A DNA stretch of 64,000 bases from assembly GCA_965217585.1 (NCBI GenBank), contig OZ244561.1, positions 7,200,001 through 7,264,000 on the forward strand. Direction: 5' to 3'. The notes below the pieces were generated by a model, which had not been told where the DNA came from, did not search any database, and saw only the letters and a list, made by a program, of their open reading frames with translations. Every line of letters starts with the position of its first letter. Position 1 is the first letter of the stretch. The translations under genes were made by a program, and so were the position numbers. Of this stretch, positions 45,192 through 54,488 are shown in pieces. Source of the DNA: Candidatus Latescibacterota bacterium (GTDB taxonomy: Bacteria; Latescibacterota; UBA2968; UBA8231).

Positions 45192-47594
45192 TTGAAAAAC
45201 GACGAGCGTGACCAACAAATAGAGGCGCTGCGCAACCGCCTCTCCAAACTGAGCGAGGCCAGCCTGCGCATCAACGAGAGCCTCGATCTCGACGCGGTAT
45301 TGCAGGGGATCCTGGACAGCGCCCGGTCGCTGACCGAAGCCCGTTACGGCATGATCGCCACCCTGGACGATTCAGGACAGGTGGACGCCTTCCTGGCCTC
45401 CGGCCTGACGGCCGAGGAGAGCCAGCAGTTATGGGAGATGCCCGAAGGGCTGAAGCTCTTCGAATACCTAAGCAACCTTCCGGAACCGCTGAGAGTCCGG
45501 GACTTTGCCAAGTACACTAGATCGCGGGGCCTGCCCGAGTTCCGCCCGCCCGCTGGGATAAGCGTAAGCGCCTGCCTGGGAGCCCCGATTCGCCACCGGG
45601 GCGAAGCCGTGGGCAACATCTATCTCGCCAAGAGGGAACCCGGACAGGAGTTCACCCGCGAAGACGAAGAGACCTTGGTCATGTTCGCGTCCCAGGCGGC
45701 GCTGGTCATCTCCAACGCCCGCAGGTACCGCGACGAGCAGCGGGCCAGAGCCGACCTGGAAACGCTGATCAATACCTCACCCGTGGGCGTGGTGGTCTTC
45801 GACGCCCGGACCGGCGTGCCAGTGTCCCTCAACCGGGAGTCCAGAAGGATTATAGGAGACCTGCAGACGCCGGGATGCTCCGTGGAGGAACTCCTCGACG
45901 TACTCACTTTCCGGCGTGCGGATGGACGCGAGATCGCTCTGGACGAGTTCCCCCTCGCGCAGGCGTTGAGCACCGGCGAGATCGTCCGCGCCGAGGAGAT
46001 CGTCATCCAGGTCCCCGACGGCCGATCGGTGACCACGGTAATCAACGCCATGCCCATCCGTTCGGAAGACGGCCAGATCGAGTCGGTCGTCGTCACGCTA
46101 CAGGATATGACACCGCTGGAGGAGCTAGAGAAGTTGCGGGCCGAGTTCCTGGGGATGGTGAGCCACGAGTTGCGTGTCCCGCTGACCTCCATTAGAGGCT
46201 CCGCAGCCGCCCTGCTGGACGCCTCCTCCGACCTGGACCCCGCCGAGTTGCGCCAGTTCCTCCAGATTATCGTCGATCAGGTCAACCACATGCGCGAGCT
46301 GATCGGCGACCTGCTCGACGTGGCGCGCATCGAGACGGGCACGCTGCCGGTTAGTCCCGAACCAGCGGAGGTCGCCAGCTTGGTGGATCGGGCTAGGAAC
46401 ACCTTCCTAAGCGGCGGCGGCAGGAACAACCTCGACCTCGACCTCGCGCCGGACCTGCCCCTGGTCATGGCAGACCGACAGCGCATCGTCCAGGTCCTGG
46501 GCAACCTCCTGTCCAACGCGGCAAGGCACTCGCTGGAGTCGTCCGTCATCCGGGTGACGGCCGTGCGGGAGGACCTCCACGTAGCGGTCTCCGTCGCCGA
46601 CGAGGGCAGAGGGATCTCCGCCGAGCGGTTGCCGCACCTGTTCAGGAAGTTCTCCCGCACCGACGGCGAGGGCGGGGAACGCGCAATCGGTGGTTCGGGT
46701 CTTGGCCTTGCCATCTGCAAGGGGATCGTGGAGGCGCAGGGGGGCCGCATCTGGGCTGAGAGCGACGGGCCCGGACGGGGCGCGCGGTTCACCTTCACCA
46801 TACCGGTGGTCGCAGAGGTCGGGACCGGTCCAGCAACCCAGGCCCCTCGGCGCGCCGCCCGTTCGCAGCAGGCGGCGAGAGAGGGTGACCGCATTCTGGT
46901 GGTGGACGACGACCCGCAGGCTCTGAGGTACATCCGGGACGCGCTCGCGGAGGTGGGCTTCACGCCGATAGTGACCCCTGACCCCCAGGAGGCGCTCCTT
47001 CTCACGGAGGAGAAAAGGCCCCACCTGATCTTGCTCGACCTAGTGCTGCCCGACGCCGACGGAATCAACCTGATGAAGGACCTCCTCCGCATGGCCGACG
47101 TGCCGGTCCTCTTCGTCTCTGGGTACGGCCAGGATCAGGTCATCGCACAGGCCTTCGAGCAGGGGGCCGCCGACTACATCGTCAAGCCCTTCTCACCGAC
47201 GGAGTTGGTAGCGAGGGTCCGGGCGGCCCTGCGCCGGCAGGCGGCTCCGTACTGGGGCGAGCCGTCGGAACCCTACGTGCTAGGCGACCTGACCATTGAC
47301 TACGCCGAACGCCGCGTGACGGTTGCCGGCCGGCCGGTACCGTTGACCGCCACCGAGTACAAACTACTCTTCGAGCTTTCGGTCAACGACGGACGGGTGT
47401 TGACTCACGACCAGTTGCTGCGAAGGGTCTGGGGCCCGAAGAACTTCGGCGATGTGCGGGTGATCCGCACCCTCGTTGGGAAACTCCGCCGCAAGCTGGA
47501 CGACGACGCGAGCAGCCCCACGTACCTCTTTGCCGAGCCGCGCGTCGGCTACCGGATGCCGAAAGGACAGGAACCGGAACAAGGGACGGAGTGA
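45192..47594 (+). CDS. Hybrid sensor kinase-response regulator: GAF-PAS-HisKA-HATPase-REC-OmpR wHTH
   Basis: GAF (FTREDEETL), H-box VSHELRVPLTSI, NLLSNA, GSGLGLAIC, REC (VVDDD, LLDL, KPF), wHTH (LTATEYKLL, QLLRRVWG, RVGYR). Confidence 0.92.
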   Translation: MKNDERDQQIEALRNRLSKLSEASLRINESLDLDAVLQGILDSARSLTEARYGMIATLDDSGQVDAFLASGLTAEESQQLWEMPEGLKLFEYLSNLPEPLRVRDFAKYTRSRGLPEFRPPAGISVSACLGAPIRHRGEAVGNIYLAKREPGQEFTREDEETLVMFASQAALVISNARRYRDEQRARADLETLINTSPVGVVVFDARTGVPVSLNRESRRIIGDLQTPGCSVEELLDVLTFRRADGREIALDEFPLAQALSTGEIVRAEEIVIQVPDGRSVTTVINAMPIRSEDGQIESVVVTLQDMTPLEELEKLRAEFLGMVSHELRVPLTSIRGSAAALLDASSDLDPAELRQFLQIIVDQVNHMRELIGDLLDVARIETGTLPVSPEPAEVASLVDRARNTFLSGGGRNNLDLDLAPDLPLVMADRQRIVQVLGNLLSNAARHSLESSVIRVTAVREDLHVAVSVADEGRGISAERLPHLFRKFSRTDGEGGERAIGGSGLGLAICKGIVEAQGGRIWAESDGPGRGARFTFTIPVVAEVGTGPATQAPRRAARSQQAAREGDRILVVDDDPQALRYIRDALAEVGFTPIVTPDPQEALLLTEEKRPHLILLDLVLPDADGINLMKDLLRMADVPVLFVSGYGQDQVIAQAFEQGAADYIVKPFSPTELVARVRAALRRQAAPYWGEPSEPYVLGDLTIDYAERRVTVAGRPVPLTATEYKLLFELSVNDGRVLTHDQLLRRVWGPKNFGDVRVIRTLVGKLRRKLDDDASSPTYLFAEPRVGYRMPKGQEPEQGTE

Positions 47595-47766
47595 TCGCGG
47601 CGGCCTTGCGTCTTACCACCGCTCCAGTCTCCCCTTCGACATCAAGCGACCCGGTGCTGCGTCCAGTTGAAATTTCTTGGATGCCTTGTCCCTTTATCAG
47701 AGGACTGAAATTTTCAAAGTGACGCACTACCCGGCTATACTATCATTCTTTAGGGAACGAATATTG

Positions 47767-49752
47767 ATGAGGTCGATAATCGGATGTCTCATGGGGCTAA
47801 TCTTGGGTACCGGTGCCAGCGCCGAGTCGCTGGTCGAGGGACGGGTACGGCTGGCTTCGGGGCAACCGGTCGGCGGCGCGCAAGTGCGGCTGTTTGCTGC
47901 GACCGATCTGAGCCGCTCGGTCCGCACTACCACCGATGAGAACGGCTATTTCGCCCTGCCCCTAGCGGCATTGAGTACGACCGCTCTGCCGCAACAGTTT
48001 TACTTAGGACAGAATTACCCCAACCCGTTCAATCCTTCCACGCTCATTCCCTATCGACTGCCGGTCTCGACCCATGTGCGGCTGGAGGTGTTCAACATCC
48101 TAGGTCAGCGCATGGCGACGTTGGTGGATGCGGAGCAGCCAGCGGGCTTTCACACGGCGACTTGGGATGGTACGGATGCGGCAGGGCGTGGCGTCGCGGC
48201 AGGATTGTATCTCTACCGGCTAGTTGGCGATGGGGTCCGTTTAACTCGGTCGATGGTGCTGCTCGACGGGGCGGTTGGAGCCGCTGCTGAGGGACCGGTA
48301 AGAGCGGAGCCACTGGGAGCAGAGCAGATATATGGGTTGACCGTTTCGGGCCAAGCACTGATCGCCTACGCAGACCCAGCCTTCCGGGTGAGTGCTGACG
48401 GAGCGCCCGTCGAGATCGTGGTCGAAGTAATCGCGAGCGTTCCCCAGGATACGGTGGCGATGAGCAGGCTGTTGGGCGATCTCGATAACAACGGCCGCGT
48501 CGATCGGGCCGATGCGCTGCTGGTCGCCCTGTACAGCGAAGACCCCTCCATCGCTCTGCCCAATAACGGCGATATATCCTTGGGCGATGTCAGCCAAGAC
48601 GGGCAGATTGACCTAGCCGACGCCCAACTCATCGAGACCTACAGCGTCGATCCGTCCGACCCATCGCTACCTATGGAGATCGGCAAGTCGGTAGATCCTC
48701 CACCACCGCTACCACCACCCGAGGATCCACGCCTGACGCAGCTCAAGCTGCCGGAAGGGTTCCACATCCGCGTGTATGCCGAAGGAGTAACCGGTGCTCG
48801 CTCACTGAGCCTCAGCCCAGATGGCACCCTGTTCGTCGGCACCCGATCCAACGGTCGCGTGTACGCGCTGCGCGACGAAGACGGCGACCACAAGGCAGAG
48901 CGAGTCATCATCCTCGCCAGCGGTCTAAATAGACCCAACGGCGTCGCCTTCAAGGACGGCGACCTGTACGTAGCTGAAATCAGCCGCATCCTGCGCTATC
49001 GCGACATCGAAGCACACCTCGACAACCCACCGCAGCCGGAGATCGTCAACGACACTTTCCCGACAGACCGCTCCCACGGCTGGAAGTTCATCCGCTTTGG
49101 CCCGGACGGTTTGCTATACGTACCGGTCGGCGCGCCGTGCAACATCTGCGCTTCCCCCGATCCGTACGCGTCAATCGGCAGGTTGGATCCCTCCACCGGT
49201 GACTTCGAGGTCGTAGCACGGGGCGTGCGCAATTCCGTTGGCTTCGACTGGCACCCGGAAACAGGGGAAATGTGGTTCACGGAAAACGGCAGAGACTGGC
49301 TAGGCGACGACATGCCGCCAGACGAACTGAACCGAGTAACTGCCGCTGGGCAGCACTTCGGCTATCCCTACTGCCACGGCACCGACATCGCCGATCCAGA
49401 GTTCGGCGCTCAGCGCGGCTGCGACGAGTTCGTCCCGCCAGTCCAAGAACTCGGCCCGCACGTAGCAGCCCTAGGGATGCGCTTTTACAGTGGCAACATG
49501 TTTCCAGCGGAATACCGCAATCAAATCTTCATCGCCGAACACGGCTCCTGGAACCGCACCCGCAAGATCGGCTACCGCCTCACCCTAGTGCGCTTGGCTG
49601 CCGATGGGGCGGTCAGCTACGCGCCGTTCGCCGAAGGCTGGCTGCAGGGAGAGTCAAACTGGGGCCGACCAGTTGACGTTCTCGTGATGCCCGACGGTTC
49701 ACTGCTGGTCTCGGACGATCAGGCCGGTCTGATCTATCGGATTAGTTACTAA
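47767..49752 (+). CDS. Secreted fusion: FlgD-Ig/T9SS-like domain + dockerin + PQQ-dependent sorbosone/glucose dehydrogenase propeller
   Basis: Signal peptide; NYPNPFNPST; GDLDNNGRVDRADAL and GDVSQDGQIDLADA; Pro linker; LKLPEGFHI, HGWKFIRFGPDG, GAPCNIC, GVRNSVG, HGSWNR, GRPVDV. Confidence 0.85.
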   Translation: MRSIIGCLMGLILGTGASAESLVEGRVRLASGQPVGGAQVRLFAATDLSRSVRTTTDENGYFALPLAALSTTALPQQFYLGQNYPNPFNPSTLIPYRLPVSTHVRLEVFNILGQRMATLVDAEQPAGFHTATWDGTDAAGRGVAAGLYLYRLVGDGVRLTRSMVLLDGAVGAAAEGPVRAEPLGAEQIYGLTVSGQALIAYADPAFRVSADGAPVEIVVEVIASVPQDTVAMSRLLGDLDNNGRVDRADALLVALYSEDPSIALPNNGDISLGDVSQDGQIDLADAQLIETYSVDPSDPSLPMEIGKSVDPPPPLPPPEDPRLTQLKLPEGFHIRVYAEGVTGARSLSLSPDGTLFVGTRSNGRVYALRDEDGDHKAERVIILASGLNRPNGVAFKDGDLYVAEISRILRYRDIEAHLDNPPQPEIVNDTFPTDRSHGWKFIRFGPDGLLYVPVGAPCNICASPDPYASIGRLDPSTGDFEVVARGVRNSVGFDWHPETGEMWFTENGRDWLGDDMPPDELNRVTAAGQHFGYPYCHGTDIADPEFGAQRGCDEFVPPVQELGPHVAALGMRFYSGNMFPAEYRNQIFIAEHGSWNRTRKIGYRLTLVRLAADGAVSYAPFAEGWLQGESNWGRPVDVLVMPDGSLLVSDDQAGLIYRISY

Positions 49753-50549
49753 GACCGCGCATACAACGCCTCGAAGCGGTCTTTGGCCTCCCACCCCAAG
49801 AGATGCTTGGCCTTGTCGGGCCGGTACTTGTCGTGCGGCAGCCGCGCACAGATAAAGAAATTCTCATACGGCGACGGCATCTCGGGTGCCCGCAACCCAT
49901 ACAAAAACGCCTCCCCTGTGTCCTCCCACGAAGTCACGTAGGGATGTACGCCACTTCCCTGTTCCTCGGGCAGCACTTCCCGCGGGCGAAAATGCGTATA
50001 GACAAAGGAGATTACCTCCAAGCCCTCGCGCTCGGCAAACACGCGCGTAATGTGCCCCCCGAGATACTTGCTCAGCGCGTAGAGATCGTCGCCTGGATGC
50101 AGCGGGATGTCGGCTTCCACTTGGAAGTCGTGCCAATAGTCGGCGTTGTGGTTCAGGGAGGTGTGAAAAGGCCCGGTGTGGATCAGCCTTTTTATCCCGC
50201 AGGCCACGCAGGCTTTGGCCACGTTGTACGCGCCGACCATGTTGACTTGGAAGGCCAGCACGGGATGCGGCCGGACGACGGATACGTTGATCGCCGCGTC
50301 CATGCCCTCACAGGCGGCCAACACTTGCGCGTAGTCGGTAATATCGACGACCCGATTTTCGTGCGGCGGCCCCAACACCTCCGGGATCGGTGCCCGGGGG
50401 CTCTGCGGCGGTGCGGCCGCTACCTCCGTCATCGGCCGGAGGTCGGTCACCCGCAACGTATAGTGGTCTTTGAGCGCGGCAATCGCCGACGCTCCAACCG
50501 GGCCACCCGCCCCAAACAGCACCACCTTGCCTTCGTTCACCGTTGCCAT
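49749..50549 (-). CDS. NAD-dependent epimerase/dehydratase family
   Basis: FGAGGPVG Rossmann motif, VNMVGAYNV, YALSK (YxxxK). Confidence 0.85.
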   Translation of the reverse strand: MATVNEGKVVLFGAGGPVGASAIAALKDHYTLRVTDLRPMTEVAAAPPQSPRAPIPEVLGPPHENRVVDITDYAQVLAACEGMDAAINVSVVRPHPVLAFQVNMVGAYNVAKACVACGIKRLIHTGPFHTSLNHNADYWHDFQVEADIPLHPGDDLYALSKYLGGHITRVFAEREGLEVISFVYTHFRPREVLPEEQGSGVHPYVTSWEDTGEAFLYGLRAPEMPSPYENFFICARLPHDKYRPDKAKHLLGWEAKDRFEALYARS

Positions 50550-50559
50550 AATACCTCCC

Positions 50560-51159
50560 TTAGGCGAAGCGCCCGCTCGACGCTACGTGCGCCAGCGACC
50601 AGTGGTGCCCTTCGCGCTCGGCGGCAAGGGCTTGGCGCACCGCTTCCACAGCGTCGTCGGCCGTGGTCTCCGCATCCAGCTTGCCGAGGCGTAGACAGCG
50701 CACCTCGATTTGTCCAGTGCGGGCGATCTCGCGGCCGACTAATTCGGCCATAAGCGGTGCCAGCGACTTAGCTTCCGCCTTCGGCAAGGCATTCCACTGA
50801 GGATCAACCAAATATTCTTCCGGGTAGTCACGCAGCAAATCGAGATCACTCAGCAGCACCGCTTTCTCAATGCCGACAGCACAGGCTGCCGTCAGCGCCA
50901 CGTAGGTGCCCCGCGCCGCCAAGTCGAGCACAGCCCCTTCGTCGTCGCCAATCGGATCGCCGCTCACCGCATGAACAATGGCCTCCACGCCAGCCAACGC
51001 CGGGTCCAATGCCTCGCGCTGGAGCAAATCGACCTGCCGGTAGTTGGCTAGGTCGCTGGTCTCTTCTGCACCAATCGCCACCACCTCAAAGTTCACGCCC
51101 AAGCCAGCCGCCAGCAGCGCACCCCAGGGGCGATCCGCGCCAATTACCGCCACGCGCAT
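50560..51159 (-). CDS. Degenerate NAD(P)-binding epimerase-like protein
   Basis: MRVAVIGADRPWG, AGVEAIVH, RGTY, CLRLG; no clear YxxxK. Confidence 0.65.
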   Translation of the reverse strand: MRVAVIGADRPWGALLAAGLGVNFEVVAIGAEETSDLANYRQVDLLQREALDPALAGVEAIVHAVSGDPIGDDEGAVLDLAARGTYVALTAACAVGIEKAVLLSDLDLLRDYPEEYLVDPQWNALPKAEAKSLAPLMAELVGREIARTGQIEVRCLRLGKLDAETTADDAVEAVRQALAAEREGHHWSLAHVASSGRFA

Positions 51160-51199
51160 AGTATCTCCTCTACCAAGAAAGTCATCGTGCTGTTCAGAA

Positions 51200-51478
51200 T
51201 CATGACACCATTTCAGTGATATTTCTATCATCCAAAAAAGCAACAGGCTCTTCTGCTTTACCATTTTCCCACATAAGGGAATAAAACCAAATGCCACTCT
51301 CACCAATGCAGAAATCTGCGGGAGTAAAAGTCATTTTTGAGTCCAGTGGCGGATCAGACTTTTCGGGATTGTATTCTGCCGGCCAGCCAAATGCCTCACC
51401 GACCCATACCTGTCCTTTATCATGAAGTTTTTTCGCAAACACCACGACATCGTCGATGTTTGGAATGGCGACGGGCAC
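51200..51478 (-). CDS. Small acidic hypothetical protein
   Basis: 92-aa AT-richer ORF immediately downstream of the nuclease-like gene. Confidence 0.55.
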   Translation of the reverse strand: MPVAIPNIDDVVVFAKKLHDKGQVWVGEAFGWPAEYNPEKSDPPLDSKMTFTPADFCIGESGIWFYSLMWENGKAEEPVAFLDDRNITEMVS

Positions 51479-51486
51479 AATGGGTA

Positions 51487-51963
51487 TCAGTGCTCGATAA
51501 CGGGAAAGCTCGTATCCCAGTCATTCCTGTATTGCGACAAGGGGTACCCATTACAGGTAATGCTGTTCGCCTCGGAACGCAACCGCAATACAAGCCTACC
51601 TCTGTTTTCGCTCCCCATGCCATCCGCCCGGTAACGCTCTAGAGCCTCTCGGTCAATAACGACAAAATTATCCCAATAATCTTGAAGCCGAATGGCAAAA
51701 ATATACGTTACATCTGGAATCATCTGCTTCTGAAGCTGCGAGAGCGGAAGATTAAACTGTGCGCTGTATCCGTACTTATGCAATTTTGCCACAGCCGTCT
51801 TCACTTGTACTCGACGTAGATCACCATTTCTATCGTGGACGACGAAAATATCGTCGCCCACATCTACCTCTGGAATGGCTGTATTCCAACCCCGAAGAAG
51901 AAGCTCTGCCATAACTGCTAAATGACCTGCTCTACCAGTGTACAGGTTGATCCTTTTAGGCAT
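51487..51963 (-). CDS. PD-(D/E)XK nuclease-fold protein
   Basis: GRAGHLAVMAELLLRGW, PEVDVGDDIF, RVQVKT. Confidence 0.75.
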   Translation of the reverse strand: MPKRINLYTGRAGHLAVMAELLLRGWNTAIPEVDVGDDIFVVHDRNGDLRRVQVKTAVAKLHKYGYSAQFNLPLSQLQKQMIPDVTYIFAIRLQDYWDNFVVIDREALERYRADGMGSENRGRLVLRLRSEANSITCNGYPLSQYRNDWDTSFPVIEH

Positions 51964-53146
51964 ATTGTGTCGAAGGCTCAAATAAGGTATCCAGTGTCCT
52001 AGTATCTACAAATACGACTCCACCAAATTCCTGAAGTTCTGTTGCTGAATAGCCGGTTAGGATCTCTACAGTGTGTTTCCATGTTGAGCCATGAAAAAAC
52101 TCAAGGTGCCGTTCAGTCTCATATGAGACAAACACACTTGCAGGCAGCTCCCCTAAATCCTGTATTTTTAGCACTCCTCGACTCCAAGGATCTAGCGCAC
52201 ATGTATATCCATCCAGTTGTTCGGTTACATAAATCGCAACCTTGGACATCTGTCTGAATTTATGCACAATTTGTTCTTTTTCATAAGATCTTATCAACAG
52301 CTTTGATGCATCGCCAAACATCCACCGTCGATAGTAAGCCTGTTCTCCTTTTGTTTCGCGAGAGGCAATCGCATCTGCGAATGTCAATAAAACTAAGTAG
52401 TCTAAGTCATATTTTATGTTGGCCAATTTTTTATCTGATATGCTCCTAAACTTATCTTCACCTCGGCATTCTCTATCACAACATACCGCAAGAAGCGATT
52501 TAGATAGATGCCACAGGACCCAAGTGGGATCTACTTTATCAGGATTTTGAACAACGTTCTTCAATACTAACCGAATATTCTCTGGGTCATTGATCAAATT
52601 ATGACAGACCTGAACAACTTCCCTATCATTGGGATCCCTGTTTCTAATCTTTTCTATATCTTCTTCGCGAAATGGTGATTGAGAAACTGCAAGGTTCCGT
52701 AATAATTCAAGACTGCTCTTACTTTCTGTTTCTTCCTTCCAATCCTTAATTAGTGTCTCCAAATCGTCAGATTGAAATTCTGAATTTTCTTTTAACATCT
52801 TCCGCAGGTTTTCAGTTTTTTTATCATCTACGGGATCACCGTACGGACGATGATCTTCAAGCTCAACCTTGCACATCTTGGATACATGTTCACAGACCTC
52901 GATAGCATCCCTGTACTCCACAAGCCGGGGTATTGCTAGGGACCATTGATTGTGATCAGATGTGATAAGCTCACGAGCTAAAGTATCGATTAGCATGATG
53001 CGACCACCCTGTTCACATATGGTGCGAAGCGGCGCACCATCCCTTTTCATGCCGCGAATATAACTAGCGTCGATGATAATGCGTGGATTTATCACTTGTC
53101 CATTACTGTCAACCCGCTTATCAACCTGCTTGATCTCGCCTTCCAT
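51956..53146 (-). CDS. Hypothetical protein with possible PIN-like nuclease domain
   Basis: IIIDASY first strand, DTLAREL helix, late YDLDYL...ADAIASRE; RBS GGAGG; AT-rich. Confidence 0.5.
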   Translation of the reverse strand: MEGEIKQVDKRVDSNGQVINPRIIIDASYIRGMKRDGAPLRTICEQGGRIMLIDTLARELITSDHNQWSLAIPRLVEYRDAIEVCEHVSKMCKVELEDHRPYGDPVDDKKTENLRKMLKENSEFQSDDLETLIKDWKEETESKSSLELLRNLAVSQSPFREEDIEKIRNRDPNDREVVQVCHNLINDPENIRLVLKNVVQNPDKVDPTWVLWHLSKSLLAVCCDRECRGEDKFRSISDKKLANIKYDLDYLVLLTFADAIASRETKGEQAYYRRWMFGDASKLLIRSYEKEQIVHKFRQMSKVAIYVTEQLDGYTCALDPWSRGVLKIQDLGELPASVFVSYETERHLEFFHGSTWKHTVEILTGYSATELQEFGGVVFVDTRTLDTLFEPSTQYA

Positions 53147-53250
53147 GGTTCTTACCTCCTGTCAACCTCCGTAACTTCCATTGGCCAAATTAACCATCCT
53201 CCTGTTTTGCGCTTCCTGACCTCAGCCAGACTTTACCACTGGGATACGAC

Positions 53251-53685
53251 TCACCCGTCATGACCATCAGGATGTGCTAATCTCAACTCTCTTAGGTGAT
53301 TCTTCAGTCGCTTGGCCATAGGTTTCATCATTGCCGCAGTCACGCCGGCGGAAACAAGTCCGCCAACAATTGGCACGACTTTTGACACGCTACGCGCAAA
53401 GGTGTTTTTGGTGACGTTAATTCCAATCCATTTGCCAATCTGTTTGATTAGCGGGTAGTACGCAGTCCTAGTGAGCGCCTGCCTCGGAAGACGTCGCGCA
53501 ATTTCGCTAGCAAATCGCTCAGCCACCTCGCTTATTACTTTGTTAGCCACCTGAGCACCCATCATCACTCCGATGAGCAGTGTAATCTTCGCCTTGGTCT
53601 CTTCGTCAGCCTCGTCTTCCTTCAGTAAATTATGGAGTTGAGAATAAAGAAAGCTATTGCGTTCAACTTTCGCTCCATCTACCAA
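53251..53685 (-). pseudogene. EcsC-like protein, C-terminal portion only
   Basis: RLPRQALTRTAYYPLIKQIGKWIG...VSKVVPIVGGLVSAG; begins abruptly at the nadK stop. Confidence 0.5.
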
Positions 53686-54479
53686 GAAAGCTTCTCAGAC
53701 AAGTTGTGAAAAAAGTACTTATCGTCGAGGTATATCAGCCGCGCCGTATGTGCGGCTTGGCCGACGTACACCTCTTGCTCGGGGGCTAGGCTGCATATCT
53801 CGTGGCCATCGGCAATGAGCGCCACGTGACTGTCTAAGGTCTCGGAGCTGACGCACAGCCGCACCCGTTTCTCGGCCGGCAGGATCAAGGTCCGCGACGT
53901 GAAGTTGTATTCGTTGATGCCGTCGAGCAACATGCAGCGCACCTCGGGCATGACCAGCGGCGCACCCATCGACAGCAACAGTCCGGTGCTACCCGTCGGC
54001 GTGCCGACGACCACGCCGTCGCCGCGAATGGTGCGGATTTTGGCGTCGTCAACGAAGACGTCCGTAGAGAGCATTTTGTGGTGGGCCCGCAAGGTCACCT
54101 CGTTGAAGACCAGACTCTCGCCGCCGGGATAGCGGCAAGAAAGCACCAAGCGCTCGCTGACGAAGTACTGGCCATCAACTAAGAGCTGGACGATGCGCGC
54201 CAAGTCCTTGCGGTCCCCAGCGGTCAAAAAGCCAACGGTGCCGAAATTGATCGCCAGCACCGGCCACTGTGGGAAACGAGCAAAGGCGCGGAGCACCGTG
54301 CCGTCGCCCCCGAGCGCAATTACCAAGTCCAGGTCGTCCGGGTGCTCATCTTCCTCGATAAAGCGCACTACAATCCCATGCGCGGCAAAAAGGTCGCGCA
54401 CCTCGGCTACCGGATAGTCCAAATCCCGGTCGCGCGGCAGGACCCCGACCTTTTTTAGTTCGAGTGGCACCGACGCCAA
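53679..54479 (-). CDS. nadK: NAD(+) kinase
   Basis: ALGGDGTVL, INFGTVGFLT, FNE, GDGVVVGTPTGSTG. Confidence 0.9.
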   Translation of the reverse strand: MASVPLELKKVGVLPRDRDLDYPVAEVRDLFAAHGIVVRFIEEDEHPDDLDLVIALGGDGTVLRAFARFPQWPVLAINFGTVGFLTAGDRKDLARIVQLLVDGQYFVSERLVLSCRYPGGESLVFNEVTLRAHHKMLSTDVFVDDAKIRTIRGDGVVVGTPTGSTGLLLSMGAPLVMPEVRCMLLDGINEYNFTSRTLILPAEKRVRLCVSSETLDSHVALIADGHEICSLAPEQEVYVGQAAHTARLIYLDDKYFFHNLSEKLSW

Positions 54480-54488
54480 CCCGGAGGG

